Shown one piece after another: positions 1 through 9,847 of a stretch of DNA of 64,000 bases (positions are counted from its first letter, which is position 1; the number at the start of each line of letters is the position of its first letter). The position numbers and the translations under genes are program-made. The DNA is taken from contig JAFGLG010000002.1 in NCBI GenBank assembly GCA_016928155.1, positions 80,412-144,411 of the forward strand, in the 5' to 3' direction. Source of the stretch: Candidatus Woesearchaeota archaeon. Lineage in GTDB: Archaea; Nanobdellota; Nanobdellia; Woesearchaeales; JAFGLG01. A model generated the notes under the pieces. It did no database searches. It saw nothing but the letters and a program-made list of their open reading frames with translations, and was not told the DNA's origin.

Positions 1-189
1 AATCTTCCGGATTCCAAAGCAGCAGCGAAGATCATTGAGACCCTCGACAAGCTGTTTGGCCTAGACGTGGATCCGAAGCCGCTGCTCGAGCAGGCAGAGA
101 AATTCGAGGGCAAGATAAAGAACCTCCTTGACCAGGCAAAGTTCGCGACACAGGAACAGAAGAAAAAGATGCTAAGCTATGTAGGATAA
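1..189 (+). CDS. 3' end of a CDS that starts upstream of the window (translates ...EQAEKFEGKIKNLLDQAKFATQEQKKKMLSYVG*); function unknown
   Basis: Open frame from position 1 to TAA at 187-189; codon usage resembles neighbouring genes; no family recognised. Confidence 0.4.
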   Translation, partial: NLPDSKAAAKIIETLDKLFGLDVDPKPLLEQAEKFEGKIKNLLDQAKFATQEQKKKMLSYVG

Positions 190-703
190 GCTTTTTTCTT
201 ATAATTTTTAGTGTTATGCTCACTTTCTTGATCTGTATATAAAGGAAAGCCTTATATTGGCTTAAAACCATGCCTGGGTATACCAGAATAGGCTGGCTAG
301 TTGCTCCGGAATCCATATTCTTACAAGCTCAATTTCTCAGGAAAACCTAAACCTTCGAATTCTGTGTCCTGGGGCTTTTTGGCCTTTGGATCCTATACAA
401 AATACCCCATCTCCCACTAGTGCCTAACTAATTAAAATACACTACCCAGATTTAGATGTGACATTTTAATCATGTTATCCTCACTTTACACTGATTTTTG
501 ATAGTTTTTTAATTAATTTCAATATTAACAATTATTAATATATATATTCTTTAAAATATATATTATGATTTATTTTTTAATAAGGGGCTATTTTTTTAGT
601 TATAATAAATTGTATATATTTTATAACACTAATATTTATATATTTATCTTATTAGTACTACTTAGTGATTACATTAAAAAAACAAAGCTGGGAGGTGTTT
701 TTG

Positions 704-903
704 TGAAATTCAAAGAACTCGTTAAAAGGTCTTTTTCAAAGGTTAGAGCCGAAATAGAGACATTCAAAGGTTCCATGAATGAGTGGATCATTTTCCTGGA
801 TGGGGGGCAAAGAGACCTCTCGCTTAGGGTCAGAGCAATGGAGAATAAAATAGAAGAATTAGAGCTTCTTTTGAAAGAATCAGGCATTATACAATCAAAA
901 TAA
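704..903 (+). CDS. small hypothetical protein (about 66 aa from a GTG start; the track ORF 565..903 has a low-complexity AT-rich N-terminus that is probably non-coding)
   Basis: GGAGGTG Shine-Dalgarno 6 nt before GTG at 704; coiled-coil-like C-terminus; no homolog recognised. Confidence 0.3.
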
Positions 904-904
904 C

Positions 905-1264
905 TTAATGCTTTTTTTGTTTTCCTTTGATAATCAATAAATCTTCTTTTTGCTCAACTTCAATTGATTCAAGGTCATTTATCACTATATCTGACCCAAA
1001 TGGCCAATATTCAACACAAAGACCGCATAACTCAACTTTTTGTATATTATCATACTCAAGCATCTCAAAAGGTACTTTATCTGTCAAATGCGGGTCATTA
1101 ATCTCGAATAAATGGATAAAAACTGGATAGTGATCTTCTACACGCTTTTTACGCCCAATAACAATGCTTTTTGTCTTGTAGTTCATTTTTAATCCCCTGC
1201 AAAATGGCCTTAATCTTTGCTTTACCAAGGCAATTAACCCACAATCGGTTAATATCTGACCCAA
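905..1264 (-). CDS. hypothetical protein (119 aa)
   Basis: Clean ORF bounded by an AT-rich intergenic region; no recognisable motif. Confidence 0.4.
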   Translation of the reverse strand: MGQILTDCGLIALVKQRLRPFCRGLKMNYKTKSIVIGRKKRVEDHYPVFIHLFEINDPHLTDKVPFEMLEYDNIQKVELCGLCVEYWPFGSDIVINDLESIEVEQKEDLLIIKGKQKKH

Positions 1265-1440
1265 TATTTAAATTTTCTCTATATAAGACATATCCACTGA
1301 GATCTAAAAGCTTTAATCATGATTTATCTTAGTTTGATATAATATTTTAATTAATAATTATAAATTATTATCTTTTTTTGACAGATTGCAGATTCCAGGA
1401 AACAGGCAAAAAAACAGGGGATTTTGATCTGGCCATATCT

Positions 1441-1844
1441 ATTCGGGATAATATCTTAACCAGGCTGTAAAACCCCTGAATAGTGCGACTTTGGGCATAT
1501 TTCTGCTCAGGAAGCCCCCTTCCTGAAGCAAGAGGGCTTGAAGTTATCTGTCGGAATGATGTATTAAAGGTATGGGAAAAGGTATATCAGACAGAGAAGA
1601 TTCCTTAATTTAGGTGTCTAGAGGCAGTTCTTAATATCGGGATAATACCGAATATTCTAAAAAGTCAGAAAATCCGAGTTTAATCTGATTTTAATCAGGA
1701 TTTTTGGACTATTAGGACCTGTTAAAGCAGGTTTAATGCGAGATTTGAATGTATAGTGTAATTTTGATAATATATTATTATCAAAAACTAAATTTTTTTA
1801 TCTAATAACTAATATTATTTTATCGATTAAATTCGGGATAATCC
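1441..1844. repeat. three copies of the 12-14-nt motif (A)TCGGGATAAT(A/C)C at exact 195-bp spacing (1441, 1636, 1831) inside a 618-bp non-coding region; an inverted partial copy ATCCCGAAT lies at 2486-2494
   Basis: Read directly from the sequence; the flanks of the three copies are otherwise unrelated. Confidence 0.6.
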
Positions 1845-1882
1845 AAACATTTAAATAAAACTAAATCCTGAAGATCCATGAG

Positions 1883-2383
1883 GTGATCAAAATCTCAAAG
1901 ATTGTACTGACAAATTCGAGCCCTGGGCTCAATGCAAATTCAGAGGAACTGGCAAAGATAATCATTGACCGGATAGGCCTAATGCCGCGAAAGAAAGGCT
2001 CCACAGACAAGATGCACAATGTGCTGATAGAGCTGTATGAGCGGAGCAAGGACGCATACAGGGAGAAGAAACCAGAATCTGCCGTCGTCACAGTGGAAAA
2101 CATGGCACTCCTGGCAGGCATCACAAGGCAGACAATGTATGAATACCTGAACAGATGGATAGATCTCAACCTGATATCAAAGACAAGCTATATCAAAGAC
2201 GGCAAGGTGATAATAGGCTATAAGCTGAATGGCAACACATTGGAGAATGCCTTTGAAAAAGTCAGGCAGAGAGTTGCTGACAACCTTGACCAGACAGCTG
2301 AGTACATAGGGGAAGTTCAGAAATTGCTGAAAAATGAAAAGATAAGTGAGTCTCAAAAGGCAAAACTTTCTGGAAATGATTAA
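1883..2383 (+). CDS. helix-turn-helix DNA-binding protein (putative transcriptional regulator)
   Basis: HTH-like segment NMALLAGITRQTMYEYLNRW; small basic protein; flanked by long non-coding regions carrying repeats. Confidence 0.55.
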   Translation: MIKISKIVLTNSSPGLNANSEELAKIIIDRIGLMPRKKGSTDKMHNVLIELYERSKDAYREKKPESAVVTVENMALLAGITRQTMYEYLNRWIDLNLISKTSYIKDGKVIIGYKLNGNTLENAFEKVRQRVADNLDQTAEYIGEVQKLLKNEKISESQKAKLSGND

Positions 2384-2550
2384 TTATTATTATCATTTTT
2401 TATAGTTTATATTAAACATTTTTTAGTTTGATGAATTTGTCGAAATTATATAGAATATATTAATATATAATGTTTTACTATTACAATCCCGAATTAATTC
2501 TTTATTATTCCGAATAATAAAGGAGAGGAAAAGAAGAGTTATATATAGAT

Positions 2551-2690
2551 TTTCAATATTGAAAATAAAAAAAGTGAGAGTTAAACCATAAAAAGGGGAA
2601 TATGGGATTAAGACAATTATTAATTTCCATATTGAAATATATTAAGGTGATTGCGGGCTTTAGTGATTATAAATTTCTATATTGAAAAAA
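2551..2690. promoter_or_regulatory. three palindromic boxes TTTCnATATTGAAA (2551-2566 perfect palindrome TTCAATATTGAA; 2624-2638; 2674-2690) in a 519-bp convergent intergenic region
   Basis: Seen directly; the same core recurs upstream of other genes in the window (about 520, 10090, 43232, 54320), so it is likely a promoter/TATA-BRE-like or operator element. Confidence 0.45.
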
Positions 2691-2902
2691 ATTAAAACAA
2701 TATAAGAGTTAGGCATTAGGGACTGAGTGGCATTTTGATTAATGGGAGGATAGGGTCAGGTGATGAAAGAGATGAAATCCTGCCAGATCCCTATCAGGGC
2801 AGAAGAAGGCATTAAACAGGCAGAAATACCCTAATGACAAATGTTTGTATAGGCTGTTTTTTAAATGAAATGAGAAAAGTGAGGAAAAAGTGAGGATAAA
2901 CC

Positions 2903-3199
2903 CTATAAATCCGGCAGATTGGCAAAATGCTGAGCCTTGAATATGGCCAAGAGCATCTCCTGGACATCATCCTTCTTGAACCTCCTTGTATCAAGCTGAC
3001 TGACCAGGATATGGTCTGTGCCTGAATAATCAACACTGGCAATTGGAATAAAATCAACCCGTCCTGGAACAAACCATTTCGCCTCGACATACTTGACCTG
3101 AGGATCCTTAGGATCAGGCATGATACGATACTGCCCGATAGACTCAATCTCACGAATGACCAATTCTATTGATTCACGTTCTATGTAGAGCCTTGCCAT
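2903..3199 (-). CDS. hypothetical protein (98 aa)
   Basis: ORF with plausible codon usage; no motif recognised. Confidence 0.4.
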   Translation of the reverse strand: MARLYIERESIELVIREIESIGQYRIMPDPKDPQVKYVEAKWFVPGRVDFIPIASVDYSGTDHILVSQLDTRRFKKDDVQEMLLAIFKAQHFANLPDL

Positions 3200-3281
3200 A
3201 ACAAGAGTATAGGCATTCAGTATAAATAATTTTTCTCGTCGTCACTAATCCAGACAAAGATGGCCGGACCGAAGAGACAAG

Positions 3282-3833
3282 CTAGACAGCGTTCAGGGAA
3301 ACAGACTCCATCCTGACAATGCTGTGCTTGGCATGCCTGGCTGCAAAAGCATCATCGAGCTCATAGAACAGAGTATTGTCGACTTCATTGGTCCTGACAA
3401 TAATCCCCTTCTCCATTATGGACCTGAGTATCTGCCTCACCTTCAGCTCAGTGAGGTTAGCCCTGCGGGCGATATCCTGCAGACTCAGCGGAGAACCGAT
3501 GCTGAAGGTATAGAGCACAAGGAACACCTTCGCCTCCACCTCATCAAGAAAAATCTCCTCCTTAGCCTTCGGAAGGCTGTGGATCATGAGCTGGAGCTCA
3601 TCCATCCTCTCCTCAAGCTTAGCGAGGCGAGCATCAAAATCAGAGAAAACAACTGAATTCTCCTGGATCTCCCGTGTATTCTCATTGATGGCTTCCCTGT
3701 GGTCATCCATCTCCTCTCGGATCGCATGGAAAGACCTCTTCAGAACCATATGCAAAGCTTCAAAATCCCCCGGAACATTCGCATCCCTTTTTTCCAAATC
3801 AATGACCCCGACGCCGGACAGCTTACCGGGCAA
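3282..3833 (-). CDS. coiled-coil protein with a C-terminal winged-helix DNA-binding domain (putative regulator)
   Basis: Central heptad-rich segment (LAKLEERMDELQLMIHSL) followed by a wHTH-like SLQDIARRANLTELKVRQILRSIMEKGII. Confidence 0.5.
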   Translation of the reverse strand: MPGKLSGVGVIDLEKRDANVPGDFEALHMVLKRSFHAIREEMDDHREAINENTREIQENSVVFSDFDARLAKLEERMDELQLMIHSLPKAKEEIFLDEVEAKVFLVLYTFSIGSPLSLQDIARRANLTELKVRQILRSIMEKGIIVRTNEVDNTLFYELDDAFAARHAKHSIVRMESVSLNAV

Positions 3834-3899
3834 GGATTTATAAATATTTCCAATATGTTATCCTTATCAGCAGTGACTATATGAAAAGATTTTAAGACA

Positions 3900-4520
3900 A
3901 TGAAACTGAGCAAATCCGGGCTCGCAATCGAGCTCTCAAAGCTGAAAGCCTTCGAGGATCCCTCAGCCAAGCAAGAGCAATACCCCACAGATTCCGAGAT
4001 TGCAGCAGAAGTGCTGTGGCAGGCAAAAATGCTCGGAGATGTCGACGACAAAAAAATCTCGGACCTCGGGGCAGGCACAGGCATATTGGGGATAGGGGCA
4101 CTGCTCCTCGGTGCAGAGGAATGCATATTTGTCGAGAAGGATGCAGATGCAGTCAAGATATGCAAAGAGAACATTGAAGGATATGATATAAATGCTGAAG
4201 TGATACAAGGGGATATCAATGATCTCAATGAGAAATGCGATGTCATCATAATGAATCCCCCGTTCGGCACAAAGAAGGAGCATGCAGACAAGAGATTCTT
4301 AGAGCAGGCATTCAGGACAGCAGACATAATATATTCATTCCACAAGACCAGCACTGAAAAATTTGTCAAGGCGATCGCAAAAGACCATGGATTCGATGTG
4401 ACCAACAGATGGGATTTCTCATTCCCCTTGAAAAAAACACATAAGTTCCATAAGCGAAAGATACACAGGATAGAAGTCAGCTGCTTCAGGATGCAGAGGA
4501 TGCAAGGCAAACATTTATAA
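3900..4520 (+). CDS. small N6-adenine-type RNA methyltransferase (HemK/METTL5-like, NPPF family)
   Basis: SAM-binding motif I DLGAGTGILG and catalytic motif IIMNPPFG. Confidence 0.75.
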   Translation: MKLSKSGLAIELSKLKAFEDPSAKQEQYPTDSEIAAEVLWQAKMLGDVDDKKISDLGAGTGILGIGALLLGAEECIFVEKDADAVKICKENIEGYDINAEVIQGDINDLNEKCDVIIMNPPFGTKKEHADKRFLEQAFRTADIIYSFHKTSTEKFVKAIAKDHGFDVTNRWDFSFPLKKTHKFHKRKIHRIEVSCFRMQRMQGKHL

Positions 4521-4544
4521 ATAAACCGAAGTTTTCCGGGTGCT

Positions 4545-4817
4545 ATGGAGATCAAGGTTCTAGAGAACAAGAAGACAAGATTTGTGGCAGAGATTTCAGG
4601 AGTCGGCCACACATTCTGCAACGCCCTAGTCTCTGAACTGTGGAATGACAAGGACGTGACAGCAGCAGCCTACAGCATAGACCACCCGTTTGTGGGGGTG
4701 CCTAAGCTTGTGCTAGAGACAAAATCCAAGAGCCCGAAAGATGTCCTGAAAGATGCCTCGAAAAGGATCCAAAAGAATTCTGAAAGCTTTGCAAAAACAT
4801 TCGCAAAGATGAAGTGA
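4545..4817 (+). CDS. rpoL: DNA-directed RNA polymerase subunit L (Rpo11)
   Basis: 90 aa; conserved GVGHTFCNALVSEL (E-G-H-T-x-x-N motif of Rpb11/RpoL); typical size. Confidence 0.8.
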   Translation: MEIKVLENKKTRFVAEISGVGHTFCNALVSELWNDKDVTAAAYSIDHPFVGVPKLVLETKSKSPKDVLKDASKRIQKNSESFAKTFAKMK

Positions 4818-4854
4818 AGCAACACTTATTAACAAGTTCTAATCCCACCTCTCA

Positions 4855-5496
4855 ATGATAAGAGAGTATAACATACGGCATATCAGGACATATGAGAATG
4901 CTATGAAGCTTATTTCTGGGCAGTCAGACGGCACCATGCTGACCGGTGATGATTACAGGGAAGCCAGGAGAATCATCGAAAGGCAAGCAAAATACCTGGC
5001 AGAATTAAAATATCCAATTGATGTCATACTGCATAGCCCTCAAGGAAGAACAACACATACAGTAGAGATCATAAAAGAATTCCTGCCGGATGTTCCAACT
5101 GATTCATTAGAGTACATGACTGAATATAATTGGGGGCCTTATGAGGCCCAACCAAAAACCGTCCTCGGAATGCCTACAAGGATATATGCAATAACACAAG
5201 ATGATCCAAGAACCGAAAACATGAAACACTTCATCGACAGGGTGAATGAGTATCATGAAACACTGTTCGAAAGATACAAAGGCCTCAGCATACTGTCTGT
5301 CGGACATGGATTCTGGTTTGCAGTAAGAAGAAATCTTGCTTTAGGACAAGAACCATCTCCAGAGAACACCAGGATCCTCCATAATGGACAGTTCCACATA
5401 TATGAATGGAAGGATAATGGAGAACTAATGGCCTGCAGATTCGGGAAAATGAAATCAAAGAAGCACTCACTTGCCGAAACGCCTTTGCCTGAGTGA
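4855..5496 (+). CDS. histidine phosphatase superfamily protein (phosphoglycerate-mutase-like)
   Basis: N-terminal RH motif (IRHIRTYEN), LTGDDYREARRI, SPQGRTTHT and late VGHG motifs consistent with the PGAM/SixA fold; weak. Confidence 0.5.
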   Translation: MIREYNIRHIRTYENAMKLISGQSDGTMLTGDDYREARRIIERQAKYLAELKYPIDVILHSPQGRTTHTVEIIKEFLPDVPTDSLEYMTEYNWGPYEAQPKTVLGMPTRIYAITQDDPRTENMKHFIDRVNEYHETLFERYKGLSILSVGHGFWFAVRRNLALGQEPSPENTRILHNGQFHIYEWKDNGELMACRFGKMKSKKHSLAETPLPE

Positions 5497-6171
5497 GTAT
5501 TCTTCCAGGCACTTGATGAAATCCTCTTCCTCAAAATCCGGCCAGAACTTGTCCAGAAAGATATATTCTGAATAGTCAGACTGCCAGAGCAGGAAACCTG
5601 AAGTCCTTTTTGCACCACCAGTCCTTATGATGAGGTCAGGAGCATCCTTCATATAAAGGTAATTCTCGAAGATCTTATTGGTTATCTGACCTGGCTTCAG
5701 CTTGCTGTCCTTGATATCTTTTGCCAGACTGTTGACAGCATCAATGATCTCGCCCCTGCCACCATAAGCCATTGCAAAATTTATAATAAACTTATCATGA
5801 TGCTTTGTGAGCTCCATGATATCTCTCATTGCCTTTTCGATGTCATCAGGGAACATGCCAATCCTCCCTATGACCCTTATCCTTATCCGATTCTCAAAGA
5901 TCCTCTTATCATCCTTCAATCTCTCAAAATTCTCCTTGAAGACCCTCATGAGATACTCAAACTCATCCTTCGGCCTGCCAAAATTCTCCAAGGAAAAAGC
6001 CCAGAGTGTGAGCTCCCTGATGCCAGACTCGTGAGCCCAGTCAACAAGAGCCTCAATCTTCTTGGCACCCCACTCATGACCCTTGAATGGATGATTTAGG
6101 AGCCTCTTTGCAAAACGCCTGTTGCCATCAAGTATTATAGCTACATGCTTCGGGGTGTTCTTAATCTTCAT
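5467..6171 (-). CDS. uppS: undecaprenyl/tritrans,polycis-prenyl diphosphate synthase (cis-prenyltransferase)
   Basis: HVAIILDGNRRFAKR, ELTLWAFSLENFGRP, RTGGAKRTSGFLLWQS - canonical UPP synthase motifs. Confidence 0.9.
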   Translation of the reverse strand: MKIKNTPKHVAIILDGNRRFAKRLLNHPFKGHEWGAKKIEALVDWAHESGIRELTLWAFSLENFGRPKDEFEYLMRVFKENFERLKDDKRIFENRIRIRVIGRIGMFPDDIEKAMRDIMELTKHHDKFIINFAMAYGGRGEIIDAVNSLAKDIKDSKLKPGQITNKIFENYLYMKDAPDLIIRTGGAKRTSGFLLWQSDYSEYIFLDKFWPDFEEEDFIKCLEEYSLRQRRFGK

Positions 6172-6224
6172 GGGTTCAGCAAAATGAGAATAATTTATAA
6201 AGGTTTTTGGGCATAAGATGAAAA

Positions 6225-6926
6225 ATGAGCAGAATACATGAGGATGATATCAGGAAATTCCACCCAGATCCAGAAGGAATGGAAAGGGAGATAGGACTTA
6301 TTGAGGAGAAAGAAAAAAGAGGACCTCTCCTAGCAATAATAGCTGTGTTCATCCTCATGCTCTTTGTGCTGATGATAATACCCCATTATTCAGTCAAAAT
6401 GAATCCAGAGCCGCAGAAAATCCCAAAGCTGGATGAGGTGCTGACCGACAGGAACTTCAGCTTCAACACATATGAATATGAGAATCCCTATGATATGCCC
6501 CAATTCGTGGAATCAAAAGACCCGACTGTAAAAGGTGTAGCAGACAGGATTGCGACACAGAGCTGCCCTGAAGGAGGAAGGATATGCCATGCAAAAGCCA
6601 TGTTCTACTTTGTGCGCGACAATTTCGAATATGTCAATGACCCTGCCAGGTATGAATATGTCAAGACAGCAAAAGAATCATTCCTGAACCATGGCGGGGA
6701 CTGCGATGACGCATCAGTCCTTCTGGCGACACTTGAAGAGGCTGTCGGCGTGCCGGCACGGTTCATCTTCATACCTGGGCATGTCTATGTACAGATATTC
6801 CTGCCAGAAGCGCCTGCCAGATACAAGCAAGAAGGATGGATAAGCCTGGACCCCACCTGCCAAAGCTGCGGGTTCGGAGAAGTGCCGTACAAGAACATAG
6901 GTGCAGACAATAGAGTGGTCGGATAA
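6225..6926 (+). CDS. membrane-anchored transglutaminase-like cysteine protease domain protein
   Basis: N-terminal TM helix; Cys-His-Asp triad context GGDCDDASVLLATL ... GHVYV ... DPT. Confidence 0.7.
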   Translation: MSRIHEDDIRKFHPDPEGMEREIGLIEEKEKRGPLLAIIAVFILMLFVLMIIPHYSVKMNPEPQKIPKLDEVLTDRNFSFNTYEYENPYDMPQFVESKDPTVKGVADRIATQSCPEGGRICHAKAMFYFVRDNFEYVNDPARYEYVKTAKESFLNHGGDCDDASVLLATLEEAVGVPARFIFIPGHVYVQIFLPEAPARYKQEGWISLDPTCQSCGFGEVPYKNIGADNRVVG

Positions 6927-7069
6927 GCCAATAAAGTCTGAAAGGCCTGAATCCTTTGTTTATAACCAATCTGATGCATTCAGTAACATTTAAATAAGAC
7001 CTGTTTTCCATGAACAGCTTGGCATCCCGTATACTATAGCCACCTTTTGGACTATAGTAGGGTGGAACA

Positions 7070-7717
7070 ATGGAACAGAAAGATATCATAAAGGCCGTGA
7101 AACAGGCCAGGGAATCTAAGAAAAGGAATTTCAAACAGGGCTTTGACCTAATCATAAACCTGAAGAACATAGACCTCAAGAAACAGGACAACCAGATAGA
7201 CCTCTATGTCATGGTCAAGCACCCTCCGAAGAAGAAAAAGATATGCGCACTCATCGGCGCAGAGCTGAAAGATGAGGCTTCAAAAGTCTGCGATCTGGCG
7301 ATACTGTCAGACAGCTTCCCTGAATATTCTGAAAAGAAGAAAGCAAGGCAGCTTGCGCAGGATCATGATTACTTCATAGCACAGGCGAATGTGATGCCAA
7401 AGGTGGCCAACATATTCGGCCGAGTGTTCGGCGTCAGGGGAAAGATGCCCAACCCGAAAGCAGGATGCGTAGTGCCCCCGAAAGCAAACCTCGGCCCGCT
7501 CTATGAAAAGCTCCAGAACACGATAAGGGTCACTGCAAAATCAGCTCCCATAGTGCAATGCGGGCTCGGCAATGAGGAGATGAAGGACGAGGACCTCGCA
7601 GACAATGTGCACACGATCTACAATGCAGTCCTCCATAAGCTCCCCAACGAGAGGAACAACATAAAATCAGTCTTTGTCAAGTTCACAATGGGAAAACCTG
7701 CACCAGTGAAATTTTAG
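7070..7717 (+). CDS. rpl1: 50S ribosomal protein L1 (uL1)
   Basis: Sequence typical of archaeal L1; heads the conserved L1-L10-L12 cluster. Confidence 0.95.
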   Translation: MEQKDIIKAVKQARESKKRNFKQGFDLIINLKNIDLKKQDNQIDLYVMVKHPPKKKKICALIGAELKDEASKVCDLAILSDSFPEYSEKKKARQLAQDHDYFIAQANVMPKVANIFGRVFGVRGKMPNPKAGCVVPPKANLGPLYEKLQNTIRVTAKSAPIVQCGLGNEEMKDEDLADNVHTIYNAVLHKLPNERNNIKSVFVKFTMGKPAPVKF

Positions 7718-7726
7718 GATGACCAA

Positions 7727-8578
7727 ATGAAAGCGCATGTAGCACAATACAAGAAGGACAATGTGAAGGAATTCACAAAGCTCCTGAAAGACTATCCAAT
7801 AATCGGGACTGTGAATCTCGAAAACCTTCCGACTGCACAGCTGCAGCAGATGAGAGGGCAGCTGCGAAATGCGATGGTCCTGAAGGTCACGAAAAGAAGG
7901 TTCATAAATATCGCGATCGACAATGCAGCAAAGGACAAACCAGGGCTTGAGAAGCTCAAAGAGCATCTTCCCGGGATGCCTGCGCTGTTCTTCACCAAGG
8001 AGAACCCTTTCAAGCTCTACAAAATCATACAGAAAAGCAAGTCAAATGCCCCTGCCAAGGCCGGCCAGACAGCGCCAAGAGACATCACAGTCCAGCCAGG
8101 CCCGACAAACTTCGCTCCGGGGCCGATCATCTCAGACCTTGCAGGTGTAGGGATCAAGGCGGGTATAGAGAACGGCAAAGTGGCTATAAAAGCAGAATCC
8201 ACCATAGTCAAGAAAGGCGCCATCATCAATGAGAAGCAGGCAGGCATAATGGCGAAGCTCGGCATAGAGCCGATGGAGATAGGACTCAATGTCGTCGCTG
8301 TATACGAGAACGGGATCATATTCACATCTGACATCATGGGAGTCGATGAGACAGAATACATCAACAAGATATCACAGGCTGCAAGCTGGGCATTCAACCT
8401 CGCAGTCGAAGCAGGCATCATGACAAAAGAGACAACAGAGCATCTCATAGTCAAGGCCTTCACAGAGGCCAAGGCACTGGCAATAAGCCAGAACATCTAT
8501 GGAAAAGATGTGATCGACCAGATAGTTGCAAAAGCGAACAACCAAATGTTGGCGCTGAAGACACAATTGAACTTATAA
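7727..8578 (+). CDS. rpl10: 50S ribosomal protein L10 / acidic protein P0 (uL10)
   Basis: N-terminal uL10 domain; position between L1 and L12. Confidence 0.95.
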   Translation: MKAHVAQYKKDNVKEFTKLLKDYPIIGTVNLENLPTAQLQQMRGQLRNAMVLKVTKRRFINIAIDNAAKDKPGLEKLKEHLPGMPALFFTKENPFKLYKIIQKSKSNAPAKAGQTAPRDITVQPGPTNFAPGPIISDLAGVGIKAGIENGKVAIKAESTIVKKGAIINEKQAGIMAKLGIEPMEIGLNVVAVYENGIIFTSDIMGVDETEYINKISQAASWAFNLAVEAGIMTKETTEHLIVKAFTEAKALAISQNIYGKDVIDQIVAKANNQMLALKTQLNL

Positions 8579-8594
8579 TTCAGGAGGGATTAAG

Positions 8595-8900
8595 ATGGAA
8601 TACGTATATGCTGCAATGTTGTTGCACAAAGCCGGCCAGAAGATAGATGAAGCCAATGTCAAGAAAGTGCTAGAAGCTGCAGGAGCAAAGGCTGATGAAG
8701 CCAAGACAAAAGCTCTCGTCGCTGCCCTAGACGGCGTAAATATCGACGAGGCCATCAAGAAGGCAGCAGTAGTCGCTGCACCAGCCGCAGCACCGGCCGC
8801 AGGAGGAGCTGCACCGGCAGAGAAGAAGGAAGAGAAGCCCAAGGAAGAGAAGAAATCGGCTGAAGAAGCTGCAGCAGGACTGGGCGCCCTGTTCGGATAA
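8595..8900 (+). CDS. rpl12: 50S ribosomal protein L12 / P1 stalk protein
   Basis: Ala/Pro-rich hinge, acidic EEKKEE tail ending GLGALFG; SD AGGAGGG upstream. Confidence 0.9.
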   Translation: MEYVYAAMLLHKAGQKIDEANVKKVLEAAGAKADEAKTKALVAALDGVNIDEAIKKAAVVAAPAAAPAAGGAAPAEKKEEKPKEEKKSAEEAAAGLGALFG

Positions 8901-8902
8901 TA

Positions 8903-8931
8903 TTTTCCCTTTTCATTTTTGAGGGATCAAT
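8903..8931 (+). terminator. T-rich archaeal-type terminator after the rpl12 stop
   Basis: TATTTTCCCTTTTCATTTTTGAGGG immediately 3' of TAA. Confidence 0.4.
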
Positions 8932-8948
8932 GCTAAATGTGGTAATCA

Positions 8949-9845
8949 ATGATAAGCGATGAAGAGAAGCAGGAAATATACGGGAAACTAAAGGATTTCC
9001 GCAGCGAGATTTCTAGACTGAAGAATGAGCTGAACCAGGTCAATGACGAGAAAGAAGCATGGTTCGCCAAGAAGCAGGAATACGGCAAGCAGATCAAGAC
9101 ACTCATCTCTGACATAACAGCCTCAAGGAAGAAAAGAGACGAGCTCACCAGAAACGTCAAGGAGCTCAAGAAAGAGAGAGGCCAAGTGGCAGAGGGCATA
9201 AAGAAGAGCATAGAAGAAGTCAAGAAAGTGAATGCCGAGAAGGACAAGGCGGCACAGGACCAGCAGGCCAGGGTCAATCCGAAGAGGCTGATGGAAGACA
9301 TAGAGAAGCTCGAGATGCAGATCGAAACAAATGTCATGAGCTTTGACAAGGAGAAGAAGCTCATGAAAGAGATAAAATCCATGAAGAAGCAGCTCGGCGA
9401 AGCGAAAGGCGCCTCCAACATATGGCAGAAGTCAAGGGACCTGTCCAAGACGATAAACGAGATGAAGAAGAAAGCGGATGCTGTGCATAACCAGATACAG
9501 ACCATGGCAAAGCAATCACAGGTGCTCCATGAGGAGCTCATAACAAAGTCAAAGGAAGTGGATGAGCTCAAGAAGAAAGAGGAAGAAGCATACAAGAAAT
9601 TCTCAGAACTCAAAGAAAAGTTCAATTCTGTCAATGAGCAGCTCAAGAAGAAGCTCGAAGAAGCAGGCATGGCGCATGAAAAGGTCAAGGAAGCCAAAGA
9701 GGACAGCTTCAAGGAGAAGAAGAAAAGAGAGACAGCGACATTGAAAGACAAACAGGACGCGATAAATGAGAAGATAGCCCGCGGAGAGAAATTGACTACA
9801 GAAGACCTTCTAGTGCTGCAGTCGTTCGATGATGAAGGCAATTAA
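8949..9845 (+). CDS. coiled-coil protein (298 aa), function unknown
   Basis: Almost entirely heptad-repeat K/E-rich sequence; the antisense 302-aa ORF is low-complexity and rejected. Confidence 0.55.
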   Translation: MISDEEKQEIYGKLKDFRSEISRLKNELNQVNDEKEAWFAKKQEYGKQIKTLISDITASRKKRDELTRNVKELKKERGQVAEGIKKSIEEVKKVNAEKDKAAQDQQARVNPKRLMEDIEKLEMQIETNVMSFDKEKKLMKEIKSMKKQLGEAKGASNIWQKSRDLSKTINEMKKKADAVHNQIQTMAKQSQVLHEELITKSKEVDELKKKEEEAYKKFSELKEKFNSVNEQLKKKLEEAGMAHEKVKEAKEDSFKEKKKRETATLKDKQDAINEKIARGEKLTTEDLLVLQSFDDEGN

Positions 9846-9847
9846 TT

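Noticed and set aside
32-316. 94-aa minus-strand ORF at the window start
   Set aside because: It overlaps the better-supported plus-strand CDS fragment ending at 189 and continues into AT-rich non-coding DNA.
1389-1428. ORB-like element (TTCCAGGAAAC … GGGG), considered as a replication origin
   Set aside because: There is only one partial match to the archaeal origin-recognition box. No orc1/cdc6 gene is in the window, and the flanking gene is a small HTH protein rather than an initiator. It is kept only as a remark inside the repeat finding.
3740-4651. 303-aa minus-strand ORF overlapping the methyltransferase and rpoL genes
   Set aside because: It is entirely antisense to two well-supported genes. 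It has a Ser/Cys/Phe-rich low-complexity translation and no motif, so it is a shadow ORF.
8933-9841. 302-aa minus-strand ORF antisense to the coiled-coil protein gene
   Set aside because: It is extremely Ser/Phe/Leu-rich low-complexity sequence, produced by antisense reading of GAA/AAG-rich codons.
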